From a virus: a DNA stretch of 40,042 nt. The notes under the pieces are model-generated. The model saw nothing but the letters and a program-made list of their open reading frames with translations, ran no database searches and had not been told where the DNA came from. Every line of letters begins with the position of its first letter. Position 1 is the stretch's first letter. Where the stretch lies: IMG/VR virus record IMGVR_UViG_3300029770_000022. The stretch is one strand, 5' to 3'. Positions 5,984 to 14,179 of this stretch are shown here, piece by piece. A program made the position numbers and the translations under genes.

Positions 5984-7138
5984 GTGGACGTTAAAAATAT
6001 TCCGCTGGGCAATATTGTCCCATATGCCAAAAACGCAAAAAAGCACGATAAGACGCAGATTAAAAACGTCGCGGAGAGCATCAAGCAGTACGGCTTTGTG
6101 CAGCCGATTGTCGTTGACCGTGATGGCGTGATCGTTATTGGACACTGCCGCGCCCTGGCGGCAAAGCAGCTCGGCATGACGGAAGTGCCGTGTGTCTGCG
6201 TGGATGACCTCACGCCGGAACAGGTGAACGCTCTGCGGCTGGTGGATAACAAGAGCAACGAGAGCGACTGGGACTTCGACCTGCTGGCGGAGGAGCTGCC
6301 TGGTCTTGACCTGTCGGCGTTTGACTTTGATTGGGGGCTGCGAGACGAGCTGGACAATTCCGTAGTGGAGGACGATTATGACCCTGCGCCACCAGCAGAA
6401 CCAAAGAGCAAGCTGGGCGATGTGTATCAACTTGGCAACCATCGGCTTATGTGCGGCGATAGTACGTCTCTGGCAGATGTGCAAAAGCTTGTGGGTGGGG
6501 CACAGATGGACTTGCTCCTCACGGATCCCCCGTATGGCGTCGACTATACCGGGAAAACGAAGAGCGCACTTAAAATAGAAAATGATAGCAAAACAGATGA
6601 TGAGTTTATTGAGTTTCTCAAAAGTGCTTTCTTGGCTGCTGATGCAGTGATGAAGCCAGGCGCTGTGTTCTACATCTGGCACGCCGATTCAAAAGCATAT
6701 GTTTTTAGAATGGCGTGCCAGATGGCGGGGTGGGAAGTTCGACAGGTTCTTATCTGGGTAAAGAACGCAATGGTGATGGGTCGGCAGGACTACCAGTGGA
6801 AGCACGAGCCGTGCTTGTATGGCTGGAAAAGTGGCGCCGGCCATTTGTGGGCTTCAGATCGTAAGCAGACCACTGTGTTGGAATTTGACAGACCGTCACG
6901 CAACGCAGAACACCCTACAATGAAGCCCATTCCACTTTTTGACTACCAAATCAAAAACAACACTAAAGGTGGAGACACAGTGCTTGACTTGTTTGGCGGA
7001 TCTGGGACAACGATTATGGCATGCGAGCAGAACGGAAGGAACGGCTATTGCATGGAGTACGATCCGAAGTATGTCGATGTCATTATTGATCGATGGGAGA
7101 AATTCACCGGTAAAAAGGCGGTGTTGCTGAGTGACTAA
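5984..7138 (+). CDS. ParB-like nuclease domain fused to N6A/N4C DNA methyltransferase
   Basis: GGAGG then GTG start. The N-terminus (KKHD...QYGFVQPIVVD...GHCRALAAKQLG) is ParB-like. Downstream motifs: LLTDPPYG, HPTMKP, LDLFGGSGTT. Confidence 0.9.
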   Translation: MDVKNIPLGNIVPYAKNAKKHDKTQIKNVAESIKQYGFVQPIVVDRDGVIVIGHCRALAAKQLGMTEVPCVCVDDLTPEQVNALRLVDNKSNESDWDFDLLAEELPGLDLSAFDFDWGLRDELDNSVVEDDYDPAPPAEPKSKLGDVYQLGNHRLMCGDSTSLADVQKLVGGAQMDLLLTDPPYGVDYTGKTKSALKIENDSKTDDEFIEFLKSAFLAADAVMKPGAVFYIWHADSKAYVFRMACQMAGWEVRQVLIWVKNAMVMGRQDYQWKHEPCLYGWKSGAGHLWASDRKQTTVLEFDRPSRNAEHPTMKPIPLFDYQIKNNTKGGDTVLDLFGGSGTTIMACEQNGRNGYCMEYDPKYVDVIIDRWEKFTGKKAVLLSD

Positions 7139-7379
7139 TGCGCAGTTTACGGCGAGGAAACTCCTTAAAAAGCATCAAGAGCATCTTACGTCGCACCAAA
7201 TAAAGACGCTCAACGGGCTTATAAAGGCTGGGAATATCGAAGGGGCGCTGAACGGGCTGCACACTATCCTCGCGCGAGAAATTGCCGGAAGAAAGGAGGG
7301 CGCATATGGCAAGACCAAGAAAAGAGATAGATCAAAAGCAGTTCGAGAGCCTGTGTGCTCTCCAGTGCACAATCGATGA
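7131..7379 (+). CDS. Small helical hypothetical protein (end overlaps terS)
   Basis: GTGA coupling to the upstream stop. The N-terminal 55 aa look helical and protein-like. The 3' 74 nt overlap terS. Confidence 0.4.
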   Translation: MTNAQFTARKLLKKHQEHLTSHQIKTLNGLIKAGNIEGALNGLHTILAREIAGRKEGAYGKTKKRDRSKAVREPVCSPVHNR

Positions 7380-7644
7380 GGTGTGCGGCTTTTTTGATAT
7401 CTGCGCAGATACGCTAGAGACATGGTGCAAACGCACATATAAAGAGAGTTTTTCGAAGGTTTTTGCTAAAAAGAGAGGCGCGGGGAAAATTTCCCTCCGC
7501 AGAATGCAATGGAGGCTTGCGGAGAAAAATGCAACAATGGCTATTTGGCTCGGAAAGCAGTACCTCGGCCAGCGGGATGCGCCGGAGGACGCAATCGACA
7601 CCGAAGACACGGACGCATACCTGAAAGAAGCGGGTATTGAATGA
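7306..7644 (+). CDS. terS: Terminase small subunit
   Basis: AGGAGGG SD. MARPRKEIDQKQFESLC...TLETWCKR...MAIWLGKQYLGQ is typical of HTH-type small terminases. Lies directly upstream of terL. Confidence 0.8.
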   Translation: MARPRKEIDQKQFESLCALQCTIDEVCGFFDICADTLETWCKRTYKESFSKVFAKKRGAGKISLRRMQWRLAEKNATMAIWLGKQYLGQRDAPEDAIDTEDTDAYLKEAGIE

Positions 7645-8930
7645 AATCAACGACGCTGCGGCCACAGTTCGGGGAGAAGCACAAGGCGTATATTTACGCC
7701 GCTACCCGCTGCACGATATCCGTCGCCGAGGGCGCCGTTCGCGCGGGCAAAACCATCGACAATATCGCGGCCTTTGCGGCGCTCATCAACAAGGGAACAC
7801 CGGATAGGATCCACCTTGCTACCGGATCGACGGCGGCGAATGCAAAGCTCAACATTGGCGACGCGAACGGCTTCGGGCTTGAGTACCTTTTCCGGGGACG
7901 CTGCCGGTGGACAAAATATAAAGGCAATGAAGCGCTCGTGATTAAATCTCACGGGCGTGATTACGTTGTTATCTTCGCAGGCGGCGCGAAAGCGGACAGT
8001 TTCAAAAAGATTCGCGGCAACTCCTACGGCATGTGGATTGCAACCGAGATCAACCTCCACCACGAGGACACGATCAAGGAAGCTTTTAACCGCCAACTTG
8101 CGTCGAAGGTTCGCCGGGTATTTTGGGACTTGAACCCGTCCTCACCTGGGCACTGGATATACAGAGCATATATAGATAGATTCGCGGAGCAATTCGGCGA
8201 GCGGTATAATTACCAGCATTTCACCATCCGCGATAATGCAACGATCACGCCGCAGCGCCTCGCGGAGATTGAGAGCCAGTACGACCCGTCAAGCATATGG
8301 TACCGGCGGGATATCCTCGGAGAGCGCTGTATTGCCGAGGGCCTTGTCTACCCGATGTTCGATGATTCCTGCGTCGTTGATGCCGCCCATGAGAGCGGAG
8401 GAGAGTATTATATATCCGTGGACTACGGCACGCTGAATCCATTTTCTGCGGGCTTGTGGTGTCTTAAAAATGGGGTTGCGACGCGCATCCGGGAGTATTA
8501 CTATTCCGGGCGCGAGACAAACCGGCAGAAGACGGACAGCGAGTATTATGCGGAGCTGGAAAAGCTGGCGGGCGACCTTCCGATAGAGTGCATTATCATT
8601 GACCCGTCGGCGGCGTCTATGATCACAGAGATTATCCGGCGCGGGAGGTACATCGTCCGCAAGGCCAATAATAACGTGCTGCCGGGAATAAGTTACACGG
8701 CGGCGCTTTTGCAGGCCGGTCGGCTGAAGATCGGGAGCAGCTGCAAGGACGCAATCCGGGAATTCGGCCTGTATAGCTGGGATGATAAGTCGCAGGAGGA
8801 CAAAGTCATCAAAGAGAATGACCATTGCATGGACGACATCCGCTATTTTTCATTTACCGTTCTGCGGCAAAAACTATTTTACGAGATGAGGGATTACCGT
8901 GATGCACTGGAAACGGTGGATGATCAATAA
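7641..8930 (+). CDS. terL: Terminase large subunit (PBSX/Terminase_3-like)
   Basis: Walker A GAVRAGKT, 429 aa, ATGA overlap with terS. Confidence 0.9.
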   Translation: MKSTTLRPQFGEKHKAYIYAATRCTISVAEGAVRAGKTIDNIAAFAALINKGTPDRIHLATGSTAANAKLNIGDANGFGLEYLFRGRCRWTKYKGNEALVIKSHGRDYVVIFAGGAKADSFKKIRGNSYGMWIATEINLHHEDTIKEAFNRQLASKVRRVFWDLNPSSPGHWIYRAYIDRFAEQFGERYNYQHFTIRDNATITPQRLAEIESQYDPSSIWYRRDILGERCIAEGLVYPMFDDSCVVDAAHESGGEYYISVDYGTLNPFSAGLWCLKNGVATRIREYYYSGRETNRQKTDSEYYAELEKLAGDLPIECIIIDPSAASMITEIIRRGRYIVRKANNNVLPGISYTAALLQAGRLKIGSSCKDAIREFGLYSWDDKSQEDKVIKENDHCMDDIRYFSFTVLRQKLFYEMRDYRDALETVDDQ

Positions 8931-9123
8931 ATTTCTCCCGGCGTGGTGCCGGTCGGAGCTGATGGACGAGAATCGGAGGCTCGCGGAAAAGATAGAAAAA
9001 CAGGCGGCATTGATTGACCGCCTGAACGCGTACATTGACGGCTTGCAGGATGCTCTATGCCGCCAGCCGAGAATCATCATTAACGGAGGTGACGCGCATG
9101 GGGATCATGAGCGCAATCTTTGA
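8902..9123 (+). CDS. Small coiled-coil protein between terL and portal
   Basis: 73-74 aa ORF overlapping both neighbours by about 26-30 nt. Confidence 0.4.
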   Translation: MHWKRWMINKFLPAWCRSELMDENRRLAEKIEKQAALIDRLNAYIDGLQDALCRQPRIIINGGDAHGDHERNL

Positions 9124-10492
9124 CGCAAATAAAATCCACAATTTCGAACAGGCGTTCGGCGCGAAAGACCTGACCACGCCGGAGATGCGTGCAGCCATCG
9201 TCGATTGGTATGCGTTGTATTACAACAGTGCACCGAGCGATAAAGAGGATCCATGCCAGCGGCTCCCCGTTGCGATTGTGTCCAAGATTTACAAGGCCAT
9301 GTTTGGCGAGTATGCAACGCAGGCGAAGGACGAGTTCGTGCTTTCCCTCTTGGACGAGCTGTCTGCACAGCGCAAGGCCGCAACGCAGCAGATGCTGACC
9401 GGCGGGCAGTGTTTCCTCAAGCCGGTTATTGGCGACGGGGGGATTACCTTCGGCATCGTCAACCGGCAGAATTATATTCCGCTGGCCAGAGATGCGCACG
9501 GGAATATTACAGACATCGGAACGGCGGAGATCACCGCAGTCGGGAAGACGATATATACGCTTCTCGAGCGCCGGACGGTGGATGCACGTGGATATCTCAC
9601 AATTGAGAGCCGCCTGTTCCGGTCGGAAAGCCGGGGCATCCTCGGAACGCAGATTCCGCTTGCAACGCTCGATAAGTACGCGGAGCTTGTGCCGGAGCTG
9701 CGATACAGTGAGCCGGTCGGCTCTGTAGGCCTTATCCCGCTGCGCAGCCCTGCGGAAAACTGCGTAGACGGTTCTCCGGATGCGGTATCTGTTTATGCTG
9801 CTGCGGTTGGGCTGATTCACAACATCAACCGTAACGAGGCGCAGCTCAACGTTGAGTTTGAAAACGGCGAAAGCCGCCTGATCGTGCCGGATACAATGCT
9901 CCGGAGGCGACCGGACGGCACGCGGGGGCTGGATGCGCATGTATTTGTCGGTGCGCCGCCTGACGTGGACGGGAAGAGCACAATTACCCCATTCTCTCCT
10001 GGCCTGCGAGAACAAAATTTCCTCGCACGGAAAACTGAGTACCTGCGCAATATAGAGAGCCTGATCGGCCTCAAGCGCGGGCTTCTGTCCGATGTCGAGG
10101 TTGCAGAGAAAACCGCGACGGAGATCACGAGCAGCGCAGGCGAATACAACCTGACAGTTATTGACTTTCAGGGGCAATGGGAAGCCGCCGTCCGCGAGGC
10201 GGTTCGCGTATGCGACATCCTCGGGCGCATTTACAAACTGCACAGCGGCACGATTGACCCCGACAAGGACGTTGCGATCTCGTGGGGCAATGGGGTCCTC
10301 TATGACGAGGATCAGACTTGGGCGGACTATAAGGCGATGGTGTCGGCCGGTTGGCTCAAGCCGGAGATCGCACTCGGCTGGTATTTTGATATGCCTACAG
10401 AGAAGGAAAGCGACCTTGCGAAGATACGCGAACGGTATATGCCGGAAGCAGAAGAAATTGACGATGAAGGAGGAACTGACGATGGGCGGTAG
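9098..10492 (+). CDS. Portal protein
   Basis: GGAGGTG SD before ATG 9098. 464 aa, immediately after the terminase. Called on position and size; acidic C-terminus. Confidence 0.8.
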   Translation: MGIMSAIFDANKIHNFEQAFGAKDLTTPEMRAAIVDWYALYYNSAPSDKEDPCQRLPVAIVSKIYKAMFGEYATQAKDEFVLSLLDELSAQRKAATQQMLTGGQCFLKPVIGDGGITFGIVNRQNYIPLARDAHGNITDIGTAEITAVGKTIYTLLERRTVDARGYLTIESRLFRSESRGILGTQIPLATLDKYAELVPELRYSEPVGSVGLIPLRSPAENCVDGSPDAVSVYAAAVGLIHNINRNEAQLNVEFENGESRLIVPDTMLRRRPDGTRGLDAHVFVGAPPDVDGKSTITPFSPGLREQNFLARKTEYLRNIESLIGLKRGLLSDVEVAEKTATEITSSAGEYNLTVIDFQGQWEAAVREAVRVCDILGRIYKLHSGTIDPDKDVAISWGNGVLYDEDQTWADYKAMVSAGWLKPEIALGWYFDMPTEKESDLAKIRERYMPEAEEIDDEGGTDDGR

Positions 10493-10889
10493 AGGATCGA
10501 GCGGCGGAGTTGGCTCGAATGCATTTAAGGGGAGCCGGGACGGGGCGATCCTCGGCGGTAAACCGAGGGAGATCGAATCGTACCAGAGAGAGGCGCGAGG
10601 ATGGAGCCCTGCGTATAGTAAGGATGAAATCCTGGAGGCTAAAACAGATGGATACGGGAATTTGACTTTCACTTATGCAAGAGCGGACTCTTACGAAAAG
10701 ACGGCGAAAACAAACCGAACCGTGTACACGAAGTATACTCTACAAGCCGGTGCCGTAAACGGAGAAACCTTCGGTATAGATTGGAGCAAAGTGCAATCCA
10801 TTTCCGGGCAGACATACGGATTGCGGGATGCGGCCAAAAAGGCGGGGCTTTCTTGGGATGGCACAAGAAAGCAGTGGCGCCGTAAATGA
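10482..10889 (+). CDS. Gly-rich N-terminus protein with a DUF5710-like C-terminal motif
   Basis: GAAGGAGGA SD. MGGRGSSGGVGS... and a C-terminal GQTYGLRDAAKKAGLSWDGTRKQW (pattern AK..G..WD...K.W). Confidence 0.6.
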   Translation: MGGRGSSGGVGSNAFKGSRDGAILGGKPREIESYQREARGWSPAYSKDEILEAKTDGYGNLTFTYARADSYEKTAKTNRTVYTKYTLQAGAVNGETFGIDWSKVQSISGQTYGLRDAAKKAGLSWDGTRKQWRRK

Positions 10890-11527
10890 TAAACTTTGAG
10901 AATCTGGACAAGGCAGTATTTCCCGGCGACGGCCCATATTGCATCCCGGAGATCGCGCCAACGGAAATATATCCACATGGGGTGGAGTTTATCCCCATGA
11001 ACTATGCGCAGAGCACAAAAGACCCAGCGGGGAAGGTTGTGCACTGCTTTGTGGATGATTATCAGTTCATTCGGTACTGGAATCAGCCGGATAAATACAT
11101 ACCGCGATTGTCGCAATTCGCTGGCGTGTGCGCCCCTGATTTCTCGACCTACACAAATATGCCGCTCGCAATGCAGATTTATAACCACTATAGGAAGCAC
11201 TGGCTTGCGGCATACTGGCAGCTCCACGGGCTGACGGTTTATCCGACGATCTCGTGGAGCGACGAGAAAAGCTATGACTGGTGCTTTGACGGGGAACCTA
11301 TCGGCGGTATTGTCGCGGTTTCAAGCGTCGGGACACAGATCGGAAAAGAAAGTCAGCGACTTTTCCTGCGCGGATATGAAGAGATGATGAAACGACTTGA
11401 CCCGAAATGGGTCATTTTTTACGGTATCGTTCCGCCAGAATGCGACTGGAATGTGATACGCGTAAGGCCATATCAAGATGAAATCAAGAAACGGAGTCCT
11501 GCCAATGCTTCGCGCGGAAGAGATTGA
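10886..11527 (+). CDS. DUF4417 domain protein
   Basis: HCFVDDYQF..YW..P..Y...L..F......PDFSTYTNMPLAMQIYNHYRKHWLAAYWQ matches the remembered DUF4417 consensus. Confidence 0.7.
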   Translation: MINFENLDKAVFPGDGPYCIPEIAPTEIYPHGVEFIPMNYAQSTKDPAGKVVHCFVDDYQFIRYWNQPDKYIPRLSQFAGVCAPDFSTYTNMPLAMQIYNHYRKHWLAAYWQLHGLTVYPTISWSDEKSYDWCFDGEPIGGIVAVSSVGTQIGKESQRLFLRGYEEMMKRLDPKWVIFYGIVPPECDWNVIRVRPYQDEIKKRSPANASRGRD

Positions 11528-13091
11528 AGCCCTGCGAGATGCTTCGACCGATCTTCTTCGGCCTGTGATCGAATACCTCCTGCGGGATATTGCCGAGCGT
11601 GTCGCAAAGGCCGGGCAGCTCACTGCGACTGCGCAGTATGAAACGTGGAAGTTGCAGCAGCTCGGCGTGTCACAGCGGGATTTGCGTACTTACCTCAAAA
11701 AGGCGCTCAAGGTATCGAACGCCAAGCTAAAGCAGCTTCTCACGCAGAGTGCCGAGGCTGGCTATAATTACGACCTGAGTTCCCTGCCGACGGTGCGGGC
11801 GATCCCGTTTGAAGAAAACGAGGCCGTGCAGCAGATTGTCCGGGCGGCAATTGCACAGACGCAGGGAACGCTTGAGAACCTCACGCAGACCCTCGGCATG
11901 GTTGACCCTTACGGCAATGTGAATCCGCTGCGCGACACCTACCGCAAGTGCATGGATTACGCCTTTGAGCAGGCGTCCAGCGGCGCGGCAGATTATAATA
12001 CAGCCATCCGGGAGGCCACGCGCAACCTCGCCGCCAAGGGCGTGGAATTCATCGACTACGAATCCGGTGTTACGACGAGCTTGGAGGCGGCGGTGCGGCG
12101 GAACATCATGGGTGCGCTCGGCATGATACAGGAGCAGATCAGCCAGTACAACCACGACCAATACGGTGCGACCGGCTGGGAGATCGACGCGCACAGCAAC
12201 TCCGCGCCCGACCACGAGCCGATACAGGGCAAGCAGTACACGGACGCGGAATATGAGGTGCTGAATAACAGCCTCGTGCGCCGCATCGGTACGCTGAACT
12301 GCGGCCACTCTGCGCACCCGATTGTGTACGGCGCAAGTGCCCCGCAGTACACGCCGGAAGAGCTGGAAGAAATGCGGCAGAAAAACGAGACGGGCATCAA
12401 CTTCCGGGGCAAGCATTACACCGGCTACGAGGCCACGCAGAGGCAGCGGAGGCTTGAGCGTGCGATTCGTGCGCAGAAGCGGAAAATTCTGATTGACAAG
12501 GCCATCGGCGATTCGGAAAAGCTGGAAACCGACCAGATCAAGCTGCAACTTTTACAGCAGGATTACAAAGCCTTTTCCAAGGCTGCGGGTCTGCGCACAC
12601 AGCACGAACGGCTTGAAAAGGTGGGGTTTGCATGGAAAGAGGCCACGGAAGCAAAAAATACGTATCAATCTATTGCAAAGCAAGCGAATTCGATGTATGA
12701 TACAGGCAGTGAGGCCGGGAACATCGCCGCATGGCAACGCGACAAGCCAATCCGTGAGAGTATACGCGCCGACAAGCAACGGCTGATCATCAATCAGGAA
12801 AAGCAGTCCCGGCACATAAAAGGGACGGACGGATATGTGCAGGGCCGAAGCTATGTTACAGTAGACAAGGACGAATTGCAAGCTATCGTAAACCAATATG
12901 CAGGAACAGGAGAAATCCAGCGCTCTGTAAAGGGTGTGTTCATGCAGAAGGAAATTATTACGATAGACCGCCAGATTGGTGTAAGCATAAACCCAGAAAC
13001 CCTAGAAGAAACGCCGACAAATCGAGCATATATACACTATAGCAAATCTGGCTCACACGTTGTGCCGACGGCGAAGGAGATGAAGAAATGA
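11478..13091 (+). CDS. Head morphogenesis / minor capsid protein (SPP1 gp7 / Mu F-like) with a C-terminal polymorphic-toxin-type-50-like domain
   Basis: Position after the portal, 537 aa; alternative start ATG 11505. The last ~98 aa (12795-13088) read QEKQSRHIKGTDGY..GRSY...AGTGE...IG...T..AYIHYSKSGSHVVP, resembling the Ntox50 consensus. Confidence 0.75.
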   Translation: MKSRNGVLPMLRAEEIEALRDASTDLLRPVIEYLLRDIAERVAKAGQLTATAQYETWKLQQLGVSQRDLRTYLKKALKVSNAKLKQLLTQSAEAGYNYDLSSLPTVRAIPFEENEAVQQIVRAAIAQTQGTLENLTQTLGMVDPYGNVNPLRDTYRKCMDYAFEQASSGAADYNTAIREATRNLAAKGVEFIDYESGVTTSLEAAVRRNIMGALGMIQEQISQYNHDQYGATGWEIDAHSNSAPDHEPIQGKQYTDAEYEVLNNSLVRRIGTLNCGHSAHPIVYGASAPQYTPEELEEMRQKNETGINFRGKHYTGYEATQRQRRLERAIRAQKRKILIDKAIGDSEKLETDQIKLQLLQQDYKAFSKAAGLRTQHERLEKVGFAWKEATEAKNTYQSIAKQANSMYDTGSEAGNIAAWQRDKPIRESIRADKQRLIINQEKQSRHIKGTDGYVQGRSYVTVDKDELQAIVNQYAGTGEIQRSVKGVFMQKEIITIDRQIGVSINPETLEETPTNRAYIHYSKSGSHVVPTAKEMKK

Positions 13092-13285
13092 CGAAATTAT
13101 TCGAATATTTCGGGAAGAATATTGCTATTGTTGATGCAGAAGGCACAAAATGGCAAGGCCACGCTGCGGCATACACACCGGCCATCGACAGCGAGAACGG
13201 AGAAGAAGAAATTGCCATCCAAACAAAGAATGGATTGATTGGGTTTTCTGCGTCCGATATTGACAAAATCGAATATGCAGATTAG
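13088..13285 (+). CDS. Small acidic protein, ATGA-coupled to the toxin-like domain gene (candidate cognate inhibitor)
   Basis: 65 aa, followed directly by a terminator. Confidence 0.6.
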   Translation: MTKLFEYFGKNIAIVDAEGTKWQGHAAAYTPAIDSENGEEEIAIQTKNGLIGFSASDIDKIEYAD

Positions 13286-13313
13286 GGACTATGAACTGTC
13301 ATAGTCCTTTTTT
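13286..13313 (+). terminator. Rho-independent terminator
   Basis: GGACTATGA actg TCATAGTCC followed by TTTTTT. Confidence 0.8.
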
Positions 13314-13335
13314 GCATCCGTTTGGAGTAATTAAC

Positions 13336-13452
13336 ATGATGGATCTATACTTGAAATGCCGAATCATCGGATGGATAATCCGGCTCGGGATTCTGGCAAT
13401 CGCAATCTTGGCCGTGGTTGCTTACGGGATATACCTCGTTAAAAATCGCTGA
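13336..13452 (+). CDS. 38-aa single-pass membrane micro-protein (moron candidate)
   Basis: GGAG lies 8 nt before the ATG. MMDLYLKCRIIGWIIRLGILAIAILAVVAYGIYLVKNR. Bracketed by two terminators. Confidence 0.45.
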   Translation: MMDLYLKCRIIGWIIRLGILAIAILAVVAYGIYLVKNR

Positions 13453-13485
13453 GGTCAACTCAGCGGAACAACTGAATGATGATTT

Positions 13486-13516
13486 AAGGCACTGTGTAAA
13501 ACACGGTGCCTTTTTT
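13486..13516 (+). terminator. Rho-independent terminator
   Basis: GGCACTGTG taaaa CACGGTGCC (one G-U pair) followed by TTTTTT. Confidence 0.8.
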
Positions 13517-13541
13517 CATACCCATTTGGCCTATCTGCGGG

Positions 13542-13584
13542 CCTAAAACGCAGGACGGCGGGAGCTGGCGACCTCCTAAAACGC
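13542..13584 (+). repeat. Two copies of CCTAAAACGC spaced 33 bp apart, upstream of the scaffold/capsid genes
   Basis: Copies at 13542-13551 and 13575-13584, read directly. Confidence 0.6.
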
Positions 13585-13606
13585 CTAGCCGGGAAAGGAA
13601 AAAACA

Positions 13607-14161
13607 ATGAAAACGGAATTTTTACAGAATTTCAAGGTTGGCGATCAGGCTCTTCCGAAGGAGATCATTGACGCAATCCTCGCCGAGAATGGCAGGGACA
13701 TTGAGGCGGCGAAAAAGCCGTTTGCGGACTATGAATCTGTCAAGGAGCAGCTCAAGACCGCCAAGGAAGGGCTGAAAGCCTTTGAGGGCGTGAGCGTGGA
13801 GGACTTGCAGGGCAAGATCACCACACTCACCAAGCAGCTTGCCGACAAGGACAAGGCATGGCAGGCAAAGCTCGACGGGATGGCCTTTGATGGACGCATC
13901 AAGGACGCGATCACCGCCGCCAATGGCAGGAACGCCAAGGCAATCGCAGCGCTGCTTGACGTGGATGCCCTCCGCGCCAGCAAGAACCAGGACGGCGACA
14001 TCAAGGCCGCTCTGGAATCCCTCAAGAAGGAAAACGGCTATCTGTTTGAAGATGATCCCCCGGCGCGTTATGCGTCCGGCACGGGCACGCAGCAGATGAC
14101 CGGTCAGAACGATGCTCCGGACTCTCTCGCCGGAGCGTTACATGCAAAATACGACAAATAA
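13607..14161 (+). CDS. Scaffolding protein
   Basis: 184 aa, coiled-coil, K/E/A-rich, immediately upstream of the capsid gene. Confidence 0.75.
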   Translation: MKTEFLQNFKVGDQALPKEIIDAILAENGRDIEAAKKPFADYESVKEQLKTAKEGLKAFEGVSVEDLQGKITTLTKQLADKDKAWQAKLDGMAFDGRIKDAITAANGRNAKAIAALLDVDALRASKNQDGDIKAALESLKKENGYLFEDDPPARYASGTGTQQMTGQNDAPDSLAGALHAKYDK

Positions 14162-14179
14162 GAAAGGATGATTTAACAA

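Noticed and set aside
9080-10672. 530-aa minus-strand ORF antisense to the portal gene. Similar long antisense or alternate-frame ORFs occur at 14138..15007, 5849..6682, 16296..17150 and 19445..20362.
   Set aside because: The products are R/P/A/C/L-rich with no motifs and no SD. They lie opposite well-supported structural genes. This is the expected stop-codon depletion of high-GC coding DNA.
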